From an uncultured Pseudomonadota bacterium (lineage in GTDB: Bacteria; Oederibacteriota; Muellerivitia; Muellerivitales; Muellerivitaceae), in NCBI GenBank assembly GCA_963836235.1, contig CAWIIP010000004.1, positions 800,001-864,000 of the forward strand: a DNA stretch of 64,000 nt, given 5' to 3'. The notes beneath the pieces were generated by a model that worked only from the letters and a program-made list of their open reading frames with translations, ran no database searches and had not been told where the DNA came from. The number at the start of each line of letters is the position of its first letter. Position 1 is the stretch's first letter. Shown here piece by piece: positions 10,461 through 19,302 of this stretch. Made by a program: the position numbers and the translations under genes.

Positions 10461-10889
10461 TTGGCCCGCAAGCGTGGTCACGAAGAAGATGAGGATATCC
10501 GAGATGACGATGAAATGGACGATAAGAAAACCGTTGATGATGATGATGATGATGATGATGAGGATGACGACGACGATGACACCATCGATTTAGACAAAGC
10601 CGAAGAAGAGGAAGATGACGACGACGACGTCGATGATGATGACGACGATGAGGAGGACAAGGGCAAGTCCGTCGAGCAGATCGAGCGTCAGAAGCTGTTT
10701 CAGGCCGAGGCGGAAGACATCCTGGAAAGCCTGACAATGGACGATGTCCGGGAGGTGCTGAAAGAAAACGACTTGGAAGAAGGCTTAGCCTCCAAGTTGA
10801 AGAAACATTTGCTGGAAGTCATCAACGAAGGGGAAGTGGTTTCGATGGACGAGGCCTGGGAAGAAGCTATTGAGCGGCTGGAGGAATAA
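10461..10889 (+). CDS. Highly acidic hypothetical protein
   Basis: AAGGAGG RBS, TTG start, long Asp/Glu tract, followed by terminator. Confidence 0.75.
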   Translation: MARKRGHEEDEDIRDDDEMDDKKTVDDDDDDDDEDDDDDDTIDLDKAEEEEDDDDDVDDDDDDEEDKGKSVEQIERQKLFQAEAEDILESLTMDDVREVLKENDLEEGLASKLKKHLLEVINEGEVVSMDEAWEEAIERLEE

Positions 10890-10903
10890 AAGGTTTTGAC
10901 GGC

Positions 10904-10936
10904 AAGCCCGGGAAGATTACTTCCCGGGCTTTTTTG
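10904..10936 (+). terminator. Intrinsic terminator
   Basis: AAGCCCGGGAAG/CTTCCCGGGCTT stem plus T-run. Confidence 0.9.
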
Positions 10937-10995
10937 TTTCCGGCGATGGTTGTGGGTGACACTTGAATGATGGGTTGTGTTAAACTCTAGCCACC

Positions 10996-11526
10996 ATGGT
11001 CCAAGAATATTTTTTAAATTTAAGCTTTTTGTGGCTTCGGCCTTCCGAGTTTTTTCAAAAGCATTACGACGCCGACGGCGAGAATAAGGCCTTTCGTTTC
11101 GCCAATATCACCGGGATTCTCGTGGCATTGGAATTGGGGGTGGCCGAAATCTTTTCCGGCGGCTCCGTCACCAATGTGATCCTTGTGACGCTGGTGATGC
11201 TTTTGGGGATGCCTTTTTTCGTCAATGCCTGGATTTACCTTTGGTCGGGTTTTATGAAACTTTGCGCTTATATGCTGGGGGAGACCCTGCCTTTGGAGCC
11301 GGTGAGGCAAGTAGTGGCCTATTCGGTGGCCGGGCTCACGCTTTTCGGAGTCGGGTATGGACTGGGGAAGTGGCTGGCCCTGGCGACCTTTGTTTTTCAG
11401 ATATTCGGAGTCGAAAAAGTCCTGCGGTGCTCCCGTTGGACGGCGGGGATTTACGTGGGACTGCCTTTTTCCCTCGTCGCGGTTTTAACCGGTTTTGTGA
11501 TCTTTATGTTCAAGGTGTTTAAATGA
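10996..11526 (+). CDS. Yip1-like membrane protein
   Basis: 'LRPSEFF' start, 5 TM segments, 'VVAYS' motif. Confidence 0.6.
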   Translation: MVQEYFLNLSFLWLRPSEFFQKHYDADGENKAFRFANITGILVALELGVAEIFSGGSVTNVILVTLVMLLGMPFFVNAWIYLWSGFMKLCAYMLGETLPLEPVRQVVAYSVAGLTLFGVGYGLGKWLALATFVFQIFGVEKVLRCSRWTAGIYVGLPFSLVAVLTGFVIFMFKVFK

Positions 11527-11876
11527 AAGCCCCATTGTCCTCATCCCCGCCGCGAACTTCCCGTCTTGGGGTGACTTCCCGCGGGGTGAGAGTTTCCGCC
11601 GCCGGAGGAGCAGCCGACACGGAACAAGGCATGGTCCTTTCCTACCGTTGGGTTTGGTACTTACTTTCATTTTTTATCCCTTTCTCGGGCATGTTGATCG
11701 CCCTTTTCTTGTACGACCAGGATTCACGGGAAGTCTGGAAGGTGGGCCGTAACTGCCTGCTGATCGCCTTTATCGTTTGGGTGATATTGCCCCTGGTCGT
11801 GCTTTTTACTCTTTTCTTGGTGTGCGTCCTCGCCTTCGCCGATTGGTTCACCGACATCTTGTCGCCGACGGATTAA
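11523..11876 (+). CDS. Small 2-TM membrane protein
   Basis: ATGA overlap with upstream stop; 'LLSFFIP..G..I' hairpin. Confidence 0.6.
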   Translation: MKAPLSSSPPRTSRLGVTSRGVRVSAAGGAADTEQGMVLSYRWVWYLLSFFIPFSGMLIALFLYDQDSREVWKVGRNCLLIAFIVWVILPLVVLFTLFLVCVLAFADWFTDILSPTD

Positions 11877-11946
11877 CCGTTATTTCCCCTTCGATTTGAC
11901 AGGCGCCTGAAATGAAAAAAAACTTCAAACGAAAAGTGGCTTCCTG

Positions 11947-12678
11947 ATGCCGTCGGTCCTGATTACGGGGGGTACCCGTGGGATCGGCTTAGCCCTCAGC
12001 AAGGCCTTCGCCCAAAAGGGCTGGACCGTGGCCGCTTGCTACCATCAGGATGAGGCGTCCGCCGCCCAAGCCTCGCAAGAACTATCGTCGATCACCCCGA
12101 AATTTTTCCTGTCCAAGTGCGATGTTTCCGTCGAAAGCGAAGTGTCCGGGTTGGTTCAATTCGCCCTGGAAAAATTGGGGAGCTTAGACTGCGTGATCCA
12201 CAACGCGGGCGCCACTTGGAACGCCCGCCTTCTCAACGTGGAAGAGGCCCAATGGGACGCGACCATGGGGGTCCATTTGAAAGGCGCGTTCCTGCTTTCC
12301 AAAGCCTGCCTCCGGCCCATGCTCAAACAAAAAAACGGCCACTATATCTTTATTTCATCGGTGGTAGCCACCACCGGCAATATCGGACAGGGAAGTTACA
12401 CGGCAGCCAAAGCCGGCATCATCGGACTGGCCCGCAGTGTGGCCCGGGAATATGGCGGTAAAAACATCCGGTCCAACGTGGTTTGTCCCGGTTTCCATAA
12501 AACGCGCATCGCGGACGGGCTTTCCCCTGAGGCGGAGGAGAATATCCGAAGCCGTCATCTCTTGGGAAAGACCACGGATTTAAACGAAGTGGCCGAATTC
12601 ACGGTTTGGCTGGCCGGCACTCAATCCATATCGGGGCAGGTCTTTAACCTCGATTCGCGGTTGCCGGGATGGCTATAA
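11947..12678 (+). CDS. fabG: SDR oxidoreductase, FabG-like
   Basis: TGGTRGIG, HNAG, SS, GNIGQGSYTAAK (YxxxK), PGF. Confidence 0.8.
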   Translation: MPSVLITGGTRGIGLALSKAFAQKGWTVAACYHQDEASAAQASQELSSITPKFFLSKCDVSVESEVSGLVQFALEKLGSLDCVIHNAGATWNARLLNVEEAQWDATMGVHLKGAFLLSKACLRPMLKQKNGHYIFISSVVATTGNIGQGSYTAAKAGIIGLARSVAREYGGKNIRSNVVCPGFHKTRIADGLSPEAEENIRSRHLLGKTTDLNEVAEFTVWLAGTQSISGQVFNLDSRLPGWL

Positions 12679-12722
12679 AAGGCGGGTTTGAGTTTTGAAT
12701 TTTGAGCTCTTAGTTACAAACC

Positions 12723-13901
12723 ATGACTGAATCTATCGTCGTGACCGGGTATGGAATGACGACCCCCCTGGGGGCCAATTCCGAAACGACCTGGAACTCA
12801 CTGATGGACGGCCGCAAGGCATTTCAGGTTTTGAAGGGCCAAGAATGGGAGGCCTTTGACCATCCCCGCGCCGCCCAGGCTTTGGAAGTCTGGATTCCGC
12901 AAACCTTGATCCGGTGTGACCGGTCCCTCCAGTTGGGTGTGGTCGCCGCCCAGGAAGCTTGGAAAGCCGCTGGTTTGTACCGAGTTTCTCCTGACCGGAT
13001 CGGCACCACTTTTTCTTCCAGCAAGGGTGGCGTGCTGAGCCTTTTACAGGTGGGGTTGGACCCTACTGTCAGCTGGGATTTCCTCAACGAATTCTTTCCT
13101 CACGCGGGCGGGCGATTGTTAGCCGAGTGTTTTGGGTTTAACGGCCCCTCCCTTTCCGTCGCGTCTGCCTGCTCAACCGGCTTGGGAAGTTTGGCGATGG
13201 GCGCCCGGCTGTTGGAAGACGGGGAATGCGACGCGGTTATCGTGGGAAGCACTGAAGCTTCCATTCATCCCCTCATTTACGCCGGGTTTCAAAATATGGG
13301 GATATTCACCCACAAACCGGAAGGGCCATCCCCCTTTGATTCCACGAGGGATGGTTTTTTAATGGGCGAAGGATCGGCGGTGCTGATTTTGGAAAGGGAA
13401 AAGTCCGCCAAAAAGCGAAAGGCCCCCATCTTCGCCAGGGTCTCAGGCTGGGCTTTGGGCGCGGACGCGACGGCAATGTTGGAAATGGAACCCCAGGGCC
13501 ATTCTATTGTCTCGGTGATCGAAAGAACGCTTCGCAAGGCCGGATTGAAACCCTCCGACATCGGCTATATTAACGCCCATGGCACGGGGACGCCTTTGAA
13601 CGACCGGGTGGAATCCAAGGCTTTGAACCGGGTGTTTGGTGACTCTCAAACCTGGGTCAGTTCGACCAAGGGGGCGACGGGCCATCTGTTGGGAGCGGCG
13701 GGAAGCGTGGAGGCGGTTTTGTCCATCCTGGCTTTGAACCGGGGGGAACTGCCCGAGACCCGGAATTTGGAGAACCCCGACCCGGAATGCCAGATTCGCC
13801 ATGTCGAAAAGGGCGGTATGAAGCGGAAGGTGGATCATGTGATGTCGCTGTCTTATGGTTTTGGGGGGCAATTAGGGGCGGTTGTTTTTTCAAAAGCCTG
13901 A
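12723..13901 (+). CDS. fabF: Beta-ketoacyl-ACP synthase II-like (FabF/FabB family)
   Basis: SACS (Cys), NAHGTGT (His), TGHLLGAAG (His), DGFLMGEG, SYGFGG. Confidence 0.8.
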   Translation: MTESIVVTGYGMTTPLGANSETTWNSLMDGRKAFQVLKGQEWEAFDHPRAAQALEVWIPQTLIRCDRSLQLGVVAAQEAWKAAGLYRVSPDRIGTTFSSSKGGVLSLLQVGLDPTVSWDFLNEFFPHAGGRLLAECFGFNGPSLSVASACSTGLGSLAMGARLLEDGECDAVIVGSTEASIHPLIYAGFQNMGIFTHKPEGPSPFDSTRDGFLMGEGSAVLILEREKSAKKRKAPIFARVSGWALGADATAMLEMEPQGHSIVSVIERTLRKAGLKPSDIGYINAHGTGTPLNDRVESKALNRVFGDSQTWVSSTKGATGHLLGAAGSVEAVLSILALNRGELPETRNLENPDPECQIRHVEKGGMKRKVDHVMSLSYGFGGQLGAVVFSKA

Positions 13902-13904
13902 TTG

Positions 13905-13998
13905 AACCACCAAGACACTAAGGGCACCAAGAAAATCGATAAATTGGAACTTTAAAATCATACTTGCCTTACTTGGTGCCCTTGGTGTCTTGGTGGTT
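13905..13998. repeat. Palindromic intergenic element, CACCAAG family copy 1
   Basis: 27-bp inverted arms (26/27 match) AACCACCAAGACACYAAGGGCACCAAG around an AT-rich spacer. Confidence 0.9.
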
Positions 13999-14024
13999 AA
14001 CATTTTGTTTGAAAGAGGTTTTTC

Positions 14025-15179
14025 TTGAGCTGGATTGACGACATACATGAGGAACTTCACATATTAGATCACGATGGCCTGCGGCGGCGTCTTCGTGTCG
14101 TGGATTACCTCGGCGGCATGAGGGCTTCCGTTAATCACAAGGATTGCGTCCTCTTTTGCACCAACAACTACTTGGGGCTGGCCGACCATCCGAAGGTTTT
14201 GGAGCGTTCCCAAAAGGCACTTCTGCGCTTCGGCGCGGGGGCTCAGGCTTCCCGGTTGGTCTCGGGGCATTTTCCCATTCATATGCAGTTGGAGGAAATC
14301 ACGGCTCTCTTTAAAGGGTCGGAGGCTTGTCTGTCATTCCCGACAGGTTATATGGCCAACCTGGCGACCATTTCGGCCATGGTGGGGGAAGAAGATGCCA
14401 TTCTTTGTGACCGTCTGAACCATGCCAGCCTAATCGATGCTTGCCGAATGTCCAAGGCCAAGTTCCTGATTTACGAGCATCTCAATCTGGATGATCTCAA
14501 AAAACAATTGGAACGGGCGAGTGAATACCGCCGCCGGTTGATCGTCACCGAATCCCTTTTCAGCATGGATGGGGACTTGGCTCCGCTTCTCAAAATTACC
14601 AACCTGGCCCATGAACATGATGCCTTGGTTATGGTGGACGACGCCCATGGAACAGGGGTGTTGGGAGAGAGCGGACAGGGGGGTACCCATCATTTTCCCT
14701 TGAAGCACTTTCCGGCGGTGGTCACGGGCACTTATAGCAAGGCGCTGGGCAGCGTGGGCGGGTTTGTCTGCGGCCCGCAGATTTTCATCGAGTATCTTTT
14801 AAATAAAGCCCGCACTTTTATTTACACCACCGGCCTGCCGCCCGCCGCTTGCGGGGCTTCGCTGGGCGCTTTGGAGGTTTTACAGCAGGAACCCCAAAGG
14901 GTGGAGAAGCTTTGGGACAATGCCAAGAAAATCCGGGATGGTTTGCGGGCTTTGGGCTACGACATTCCCCGGGGCGGTTGGCCGATCATGCCGATCATCG
15001 TGGGGGAAAATGAGGAAGCGGTGAAGATGTCCGAAAAACTCTTGGAAGAAGGCATACTGGTGGTCGCCATCCGCCCGCCCACGGTGCCTAAAGGTACGGC
15101 TCGTTTACGGTTGTCCGTTTCAGCGGCCCATACGGATGAAAATATTCAAAAGCTGTTCGATGCGTTTAAAAAGCTTTAG
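14025..15179 (+). CDS. bioF: 8-amino-7-oxononanoate synthase
   Basis: NNYLGLA, SRLVSG, TGYMAN, NHASLID, FSMDGD, DDAHG, T.SKALG, IRPPTVP. Confidence 0.95.
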   Translation: MSWIDDIHEELHILDHDGLRRRLRVVDYLGGMRASVNHKDCVLFCTNNYLGLADHPKVLERSQKALLRFGAGAQASRLVSGHFPIHMQLEEITALFKGSEACLSFPTGYMANLATISAMVGEEDAILCDRLNHASLIDACRMSKAKFLIYEHLNLDDLKKQLERASEYRRRLIVTESLFSMDGDLAPLLKITNLAHEHDALVMVDDAHGTGVLGESGQGGTHHFPLKHFPAVVTGTYSKALGSVGGFVCGPQIFIEYLLNKARTFIYTTGLPPAACGASLGALEVLQQEPQRVEKLWDNAKKIRDGLRALGYDIPRGGWPIMPIIVGENEEAVKMSEKLLEEGILVVAIRPPTVPKGTARLRLSVSAAHTDENIQKLFDAFKKL

Positions 15180-15187
15180 TCTTATGT

Positions 15188-15359
15188 GTCATTGCGAGGA
15201 GGCCTGGGTTTCAGGCCGAGAAGCTTGTGGTAGTTGGCCTTTGGCCAACCATGCTTGGCCGCAGGCCAAGTACAATCCAAACCATTCAACGAACTGCAGT
15301 TTTTGGACGATTTTCGATTGCCACGTCGGCCCCTAACTGCGGGGCCTCCTCGCAATGAC
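15188..15359. repeat. Palindromic element (RPE/MITE-like) with 17-bp terminal inverted repeats
   Basis: GTCATTGCGAGGAGGCC / GGCCTCCTCGCAATGAC perfect TIR plus four internal hairpins. Confidence 0.85.
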
Positions 15360-15401
15360 GGATTTTTTTCAAACCGATTCACTACGGTTTTATCCTCATT
15401 C

Positions 15402-15430
15402 TTGACATATTTATGTACTAGTAATATGCT
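15402..15430 (+). promoter_or_regulatory. Sigma70 promoter of vapBC (probably leaderless)
   Basis: TTGACA-17-TATGCT, ATG 7 nt downstream of the -10, no RBS. Confidence 0.7.
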
Positions 15431-15437
15431 TTTATGC

Positions 15438-15695
15438 ATGAGAACGACCCTTCAATTAAATGAACACCTTTATCGGTCAGCCAAACAATTGGCGGCCAAA
15501 ACCCACCGGACCTTGACGGCGGTGATTGAGGATGCCTTGCGGGAGTCCCTTGGCCGCAATAAGAATAAATCCGCTTCCAAAGTTCCCGTAAAGCTTCCCG
15601 TCTTCAACGGTAAAGGCCTTCGCCCAGGGGTGGATTTGGATGATTCAAGCGCCCTCTTGGACCTAGTGGAATCGCATGATCCTTCTGGACGTTAA
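15438..15695 (+). CDS. vapB: VapB-type antitoxin (RHH/CopG-like)
   Basis: MRTTLQL...L...AK..A.....TLTAVIEDALR; GLRPGVDLDD; overlaps the PIN gene. Confidence 0.85.
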   Translation: MRTTLQLNEHLYRSAKQLAAKTHRTLTAVIEDALRESLGRNKNKSASKVPVKLPVFNGKGLRPGVDLDDSSALLDLVESHDPSGR

Positions 15696-16116
15696 CGTAC
15701 TCGTTTACGCCCATCGAGAAGATTCACCCCGCCATTCGGAATACCGTAAATGGTTCGAACAATTGCTGGGAAGCGGCCAAAGCTTCGGCCTTTCCGAATT
15801 GGTCTTGAGCGGCTTTCTGCGGATCGTCACCCATCCCCGTGTTTTTGAAGTACCGACGCCCTTGCCTAGTGCCCTTGAATTCGCCGAAATCCTTCGCCAA
15901 CAGCCCCAATGCGTTTTGGCTTCACCGGGGCCCCGCCATTGGGAAATTTTCAAGGAGCTTTGCTTGGATTGCGAAGCCAAAGGAAACCTAGTCGCGGATG
16001 CCTATCATGCGGCTTTGGCGATGGAAACGGGGATGGAATGGATCACCACTGATCGGGATTATTCCCGTTTCAGGGGTTTGAAGTGGCGGCACCCGCTTGA
16101 AAAGAAGTCGAAGTGA
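15676..16116 (+). CDS. vapC: VapC PIN-domain toxin
   Basis: LLDVNVLVYA, GNLVADAYHAALA, T.DRDY.RF. Confidence 0.92.
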   Translation: MILLDVNVLVYAHREDSPRHSEYRKWFEQLLGSGQSFGLSELVLSGFLRIVTHPRVFEVPTPLPSALEFAEILRQQPQCVLASPGPRHWEIFKELCLDCEAKGNLVADAYHAALAMETGMEWITTDRDYSRFRGLKWRHPLEKKSK

Positions 16117-16125
16117 AGAATCACG

Positions 16126-16164
16126 GATATTCAAAAATTGTTCGATGCTTTTAAAAAGCTTTGA
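16126..16164 (+). repeat. Duplicate of the bioF 3' end (last 12 codons plus stop)
   Basis: Reads DIQKLFDAFKKL* versus NIQKLFDAFKKL* at 15141-15179. Confidence 0.85.
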
Positions 16165-16188
16165 AGTCTTCAAGAGGCGAAAAATCTT

Positions 16189-16410
16189 ATGATTTCAATT
16201 ACTAATGTTGTGTTTTTAACTCTTGCTTTAATTATTTTTGCGTTTTTGTGTCAAAAGTTTTATCTTCGCTCTTTGAAAAAATTGGCGGAAGGTAATTCGA
16301 ATAAATCAAAGATGATTTTATTCTTTGTGTTTTTAATTGTTTTCCTTTTGGCTTTCAATTTTGGGAATCGCTTGATTATGTGGCTTTTTTTCTCAGACCA
16401 TTCCAAATAG
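16189..16410 (+). CDS. Small AT-rich 2-TM membrane protein
   Basis: AGAGG RBS, two hydrophobic segments. Confidence 0.55.
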   Translation: MISITNVVFLTLALIIFAFLCQKFYLRSLKKLAEGNSNKSKMILFFVFLIVFLLAFNFGNRLIMWLFFSDHSK

Positions 16411-16421
16411 GGAGCTGCTTG

Positions 16422-17093
16422 GTGAAAAGCTTAGGAGTTTTTGTAAGCGGAACAGATACGGGGGTTGGGAAAACAATCGTGGCCGCTGGGTTGGCCAGGA
16501 TGCTGGTAAACCGGGGTGTCTCCGTGGGGGTTTTCAAACCCGTGGCTTCCGGGGGAACCATTAGCGAAGACGGGAAGCTCCTCCAAAAAGCGGCGAAATT
16601 CCCGGATTCGGATTACCCTAATATCGTCCCGGTTCATTACAAACAACCCCTGGCCCCCTGGGTGGCGGGATGGGAAGAGGGGCCGGTGAACCTGCTCCAA
16701 GTTGAAAAAGCTTACCAAAAGGCGAAGGCGGCCTGGGATTGCCTGATCGTGGAAGGGGTGGGTGGCGTCCGGGTACCCATCGCCCAAGAGTTCTTCGTGA
16801 CCGATTGGATGTTGAGGTGGAAATTGCCGGTGCTAGTGGTGGCCCGGGCGGGTTTGGGAACCCTCAACCACACCCTGCTGACGGTGGAGGCCCTTCAAAG
16901 CCGCAAGATCAAGCTTTTGGGAGTCCTGGTGAACGGCTATACCGGCAAGGGAATAGCGGAACAAACCAACGTGAAGGCCCTGAAGAAGCTTTTAAGGGTA
17001 CCCGTCTATGGGCCCCTGAAGCATGACCCCCGATACCCCAAGGACTTAGACCTCCTAGCCCAGGACATGGCCAAGCTGGGACTGTCGGTCTAG
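16422..17093 (+). CDS. bioD: Dethiobiotin synthase
   Basis: SGTDTGVGKT, FKPVASG, VEGVGG, LGTLNHTLLT; start TTG 16419 or GTG 16422 after GGAG. Confidence 0.95.
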   Translation: MKSLGVFVSGTDTGVGKTIVAAGLARMLVNRGVSVGVFKPVASGGTISEDGKLLQKAAKFPDSDYPNIVPVHYKQPLAPWVAGWEEGPVNLLQVEKAYQKAKAAWDCLIVEGVGGVRVPIAQEFFVTDWMLRWKLPVLVVARAGLGTLNHTLLTVEALQSRKIKLLGVLVNGYTGKGIAEQTNVKALKKLLRVPVYGPLKHDPRYPKDLDLLAQDMAKLGLSV

Positions 17094-17611
17094 CCCCCCC
17101 TTAGGGGGTATCCCCTAAAGGGGGTCTAACCTCTCGTTTTGTTCAAAGTTTGAACAAATCAGCCCAACCCTGGTGACTCCTATCAACCGGCATACCTCTG
17201 GCTGGTTTTTAGGCGATTCTGGTAAAGGGTTGAATTGATGCTTTTCCAATGCCCCGTTTTAAAGGCTGTTTTTACTCATTGGGAGTAAAACATGAGTAAG
17301 AATCTAGGGGTCGAATTTCACCGAATTTGACCAGCGGCTGATCAAAGGTGATTGGGCTTTTGCGCAATTGCGCGAACCGTCGCGCGAATTATGGCACAAT
17401 TAAATACCCTGAATTAAAGAGGTTTTAGGGTTTGGCGCAATTCGATAGGCCTACCGGGAGCTAGGGCCTGTCGGGGTGGTGGGTGGGTTGACCGCCCCAT
17501 ATATTTCCGGTGGGGATCTAGACCGGTTCTCGCAGAGCCAATTGGGCTAAAATACGGCAATTTGAATGGGATGGTGCATCGGTTCGAGTGCAACCCGGGG
17601 AGACCTGAAAC

Positions 17612-18121
17612 GTGAGTAAAGTAGGTAAAAAAGATCGTTCGTATAAAAAAATTGAAATTTCAGATTTAAAGAAGTTGACGGTTATTGCTCGCAATGATCG
17701 TAAACAGTTTTTTCGGAACCACTCGATCTGGGAAAAACATTATGCCGATCATGTTTTATGCGTTGCTCTTTGCCAAGGGTCGGCAAATCATTATTTGGAC
17801 GGGAAAGCGGGGATAAATGATTTTGATGTTTATACATTCTATAAAAGCAATCCAACAAAAAAGTGGTGCTATAGAAGGAAAGTATTCTATGACTATGATG
17901 ACCCTAAATTTGGTCAGTCTAAAGACAAACCAAAATACGTTGGTAGGCGCGTGGATTGCCTTGGCCGAGCAATTGACTTGAAAGACGGTGAAAGTATTAT
18001 TTCTGCTTTGAGGCGATATTTGGGGGGCGGAAAGACCGAAACGGCAAGATGTTTAGCGGAAAAAGCTGTTGTTTTGCTTGAACCAAACTGTGGCAAAATC
18101 GCTTGGCCTCTCAAGGTCTAA
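17612..18121 (+). CDS. Hypothetical protein, putative Pol-beta-like nucleotidyltransferase fold
   Basis: QGS-x12-DFD motif plus downstream RVD; AT-rich. Confidence 0.5.
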   Translation: MSKVGKKDRSYKKIEISDLKKLTVIARNDRKQFFRNHSIWEKHYADHVLCVALCQGSANHYLDGKAGINDFDVYTFYKSNPTKKWCYRRKVFYDYDDPKFGQSKDKPKYVGRRVDCLGRAIDLKDGESIISALRRYLGGGKTETARCLAEKAVVLLEPNCGKIAWPLKV

Positions 18122-18235
18122 AAGGTAATACTGTATTTAATCACATATTATTTGGAAATTAATAGTTTGCAAATCGTATGGGGAGGAACTCAAGGTTGAT
18201 GTGAAAGTCCATAAACTTGTGATTGGGAGGAAATA

Positions 18236-18517
18236 ATGGGAGCGTTTGGATTCAAAAAAATGAAGAGCGTTACGTACAAACTCGTAAGAAATAATAGAGC
18301 GGTTTATATTGGAACAACCAATAACCCATACGTTAGAAAACAACAACATGCACAATCAGGGAAAAAATTTGATGCTATGGTGGTCACGTCTCCAAGACTT
18401 CCGAGACAAGTAGCAGAAAGAAGAGAGGTAAGAAACATAAAATCATACAAAGAGGCTACAGGTAGAAATCCCAGATATAACAAAACTTCTGATGGTAAGT
18501 TCAAGAAACGTTATTGA
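18236..18517 (+). CDS. Small stand-alone GIY-YIG-like nuclease
   Basis: VTY...VYIGTTNNP..R..QH, later E and P.YN; GGAGG RBS. Confidence 0.65.
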   Translation: MGAFGFKKMKSVTYKLVRNNRAVYIGTTNNPYVRKQQHAQSGKKFDAMVVTSPRLPRQVAERREVRNIKSYKEATGRNPRYNKTSDGKFKKRY

Positions 18518-18595
18518 TCGACCGGGACGGGGAGCCTTATCGAACTGAATTCTATTTTCGGGCCCGACAACTTTGTTCCTTTTGCTTGGGTCGGA

Positions 18596-18814
18596 TTAGT
18601 GACCACATAAAATAGCGAATAGTAATAGAAAGATAATCAAAAGAAAAGCAAAAGAGATAAGTTTGACGCCTTCGACGGAAAAAAGATTTGTTGGGGTCAG
18701 GGCACCAAGTACACCCAAAAACTTATGTTGAATAGGGCAACCACATTTTGGGCATGAGGTGGCTTTTTCAGAAACCTCGTTTTTGCACTCAGGGCACTTA
18801 ATAAGCGACATCAT
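18596..18814 (-). CDS. Zinc-ribbon membrane protein
   Basis: LIKCPEC..EVSEKA..CPKCGCP plus C-terminal TM. Confidence 0.75.
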   Translation of the reverse strand: MMSLIKCPECKNEVSEKATSCPKCGCPIQHKFLGVLGALTPTNLFSVEGVKLISFAFLLIIFLLLFAILCGH

Positions 18815-18982
18815 CAAATCCTGTTTTTGAAATGACAAGCAACAAAATCATTATAGGCCAATTTCCAGAAAATATATTCCGAGGCATGTGGGTTTTGGGA
18901 ACAATTGGGTGTTCGAGGGTTGGAGGGGGAAGGAAGTAAACTCAAGGCGGTTTTGTCCAGAATGGAGAGCCATGTTGAATGC

Positions 18983-19011
18983 TTGAAGATGTGGCCCATA
19001 CGTGCTACAAT
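18983..19011 (+). promoter_or_regulatory. Sigma70 promoter of the dinJ-yafQ-type TA
   Basis: TTGAAG-17-TACAAT. Confidence 0.6.
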
Positions 19012-19041
19012 TCTTTTAGTTCCTAAAAAAGGGTGGGCAAC

Positions 19042-19302
19042 ATGGCAAAAGAAGCGACGGTCCGCGCGCGGTTGGAACCGCATTTGAAAGCCGATACGGA
19101 AAAATTGTTGCACCAACTGGGTCTTACGGCCAGCCAGGCCATCTCCATTTTTTACAGTCAAATCCTCTTGAGGCGGGGGATACCTTTCGAAATCGCCTTG
19201 CCTAACGCGAAAACGAAAGCCGTTTTCAAGTCGACGGATAAGGGGCGTCACCTGGTCCGAACCAAGAATGCCGAGGACATGTTCCGCAAACTCGGCATCT
19301 GA
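19042..19302 (+). CDS. RelB/DinJ family antitoxin
   Basis: VRAR....LK......LGLT.SQAI.IF..QI....GIPFEI..PN..T. Confidence 0.9.
   Translation: MAKEATVRARLEPHLKADTEKLLHQLGLTASQAISIFYSQILLRRGIPFEIALPNAKTKAVFKSTDKGRHLVRTKNAEDMFRKLGI

Noticed and set aside
9319-10737. 472-aa minus-strand His-rich ORF
   Set aside because: Antisense shadow of the Mrr-like and poly-Asp genes (GAT repeats read as CAT).
17568-17600. GGTTCGAGT tRNA T-loop-like motif
   Set aside because: No T-stem pairing or cloverleaf around it.
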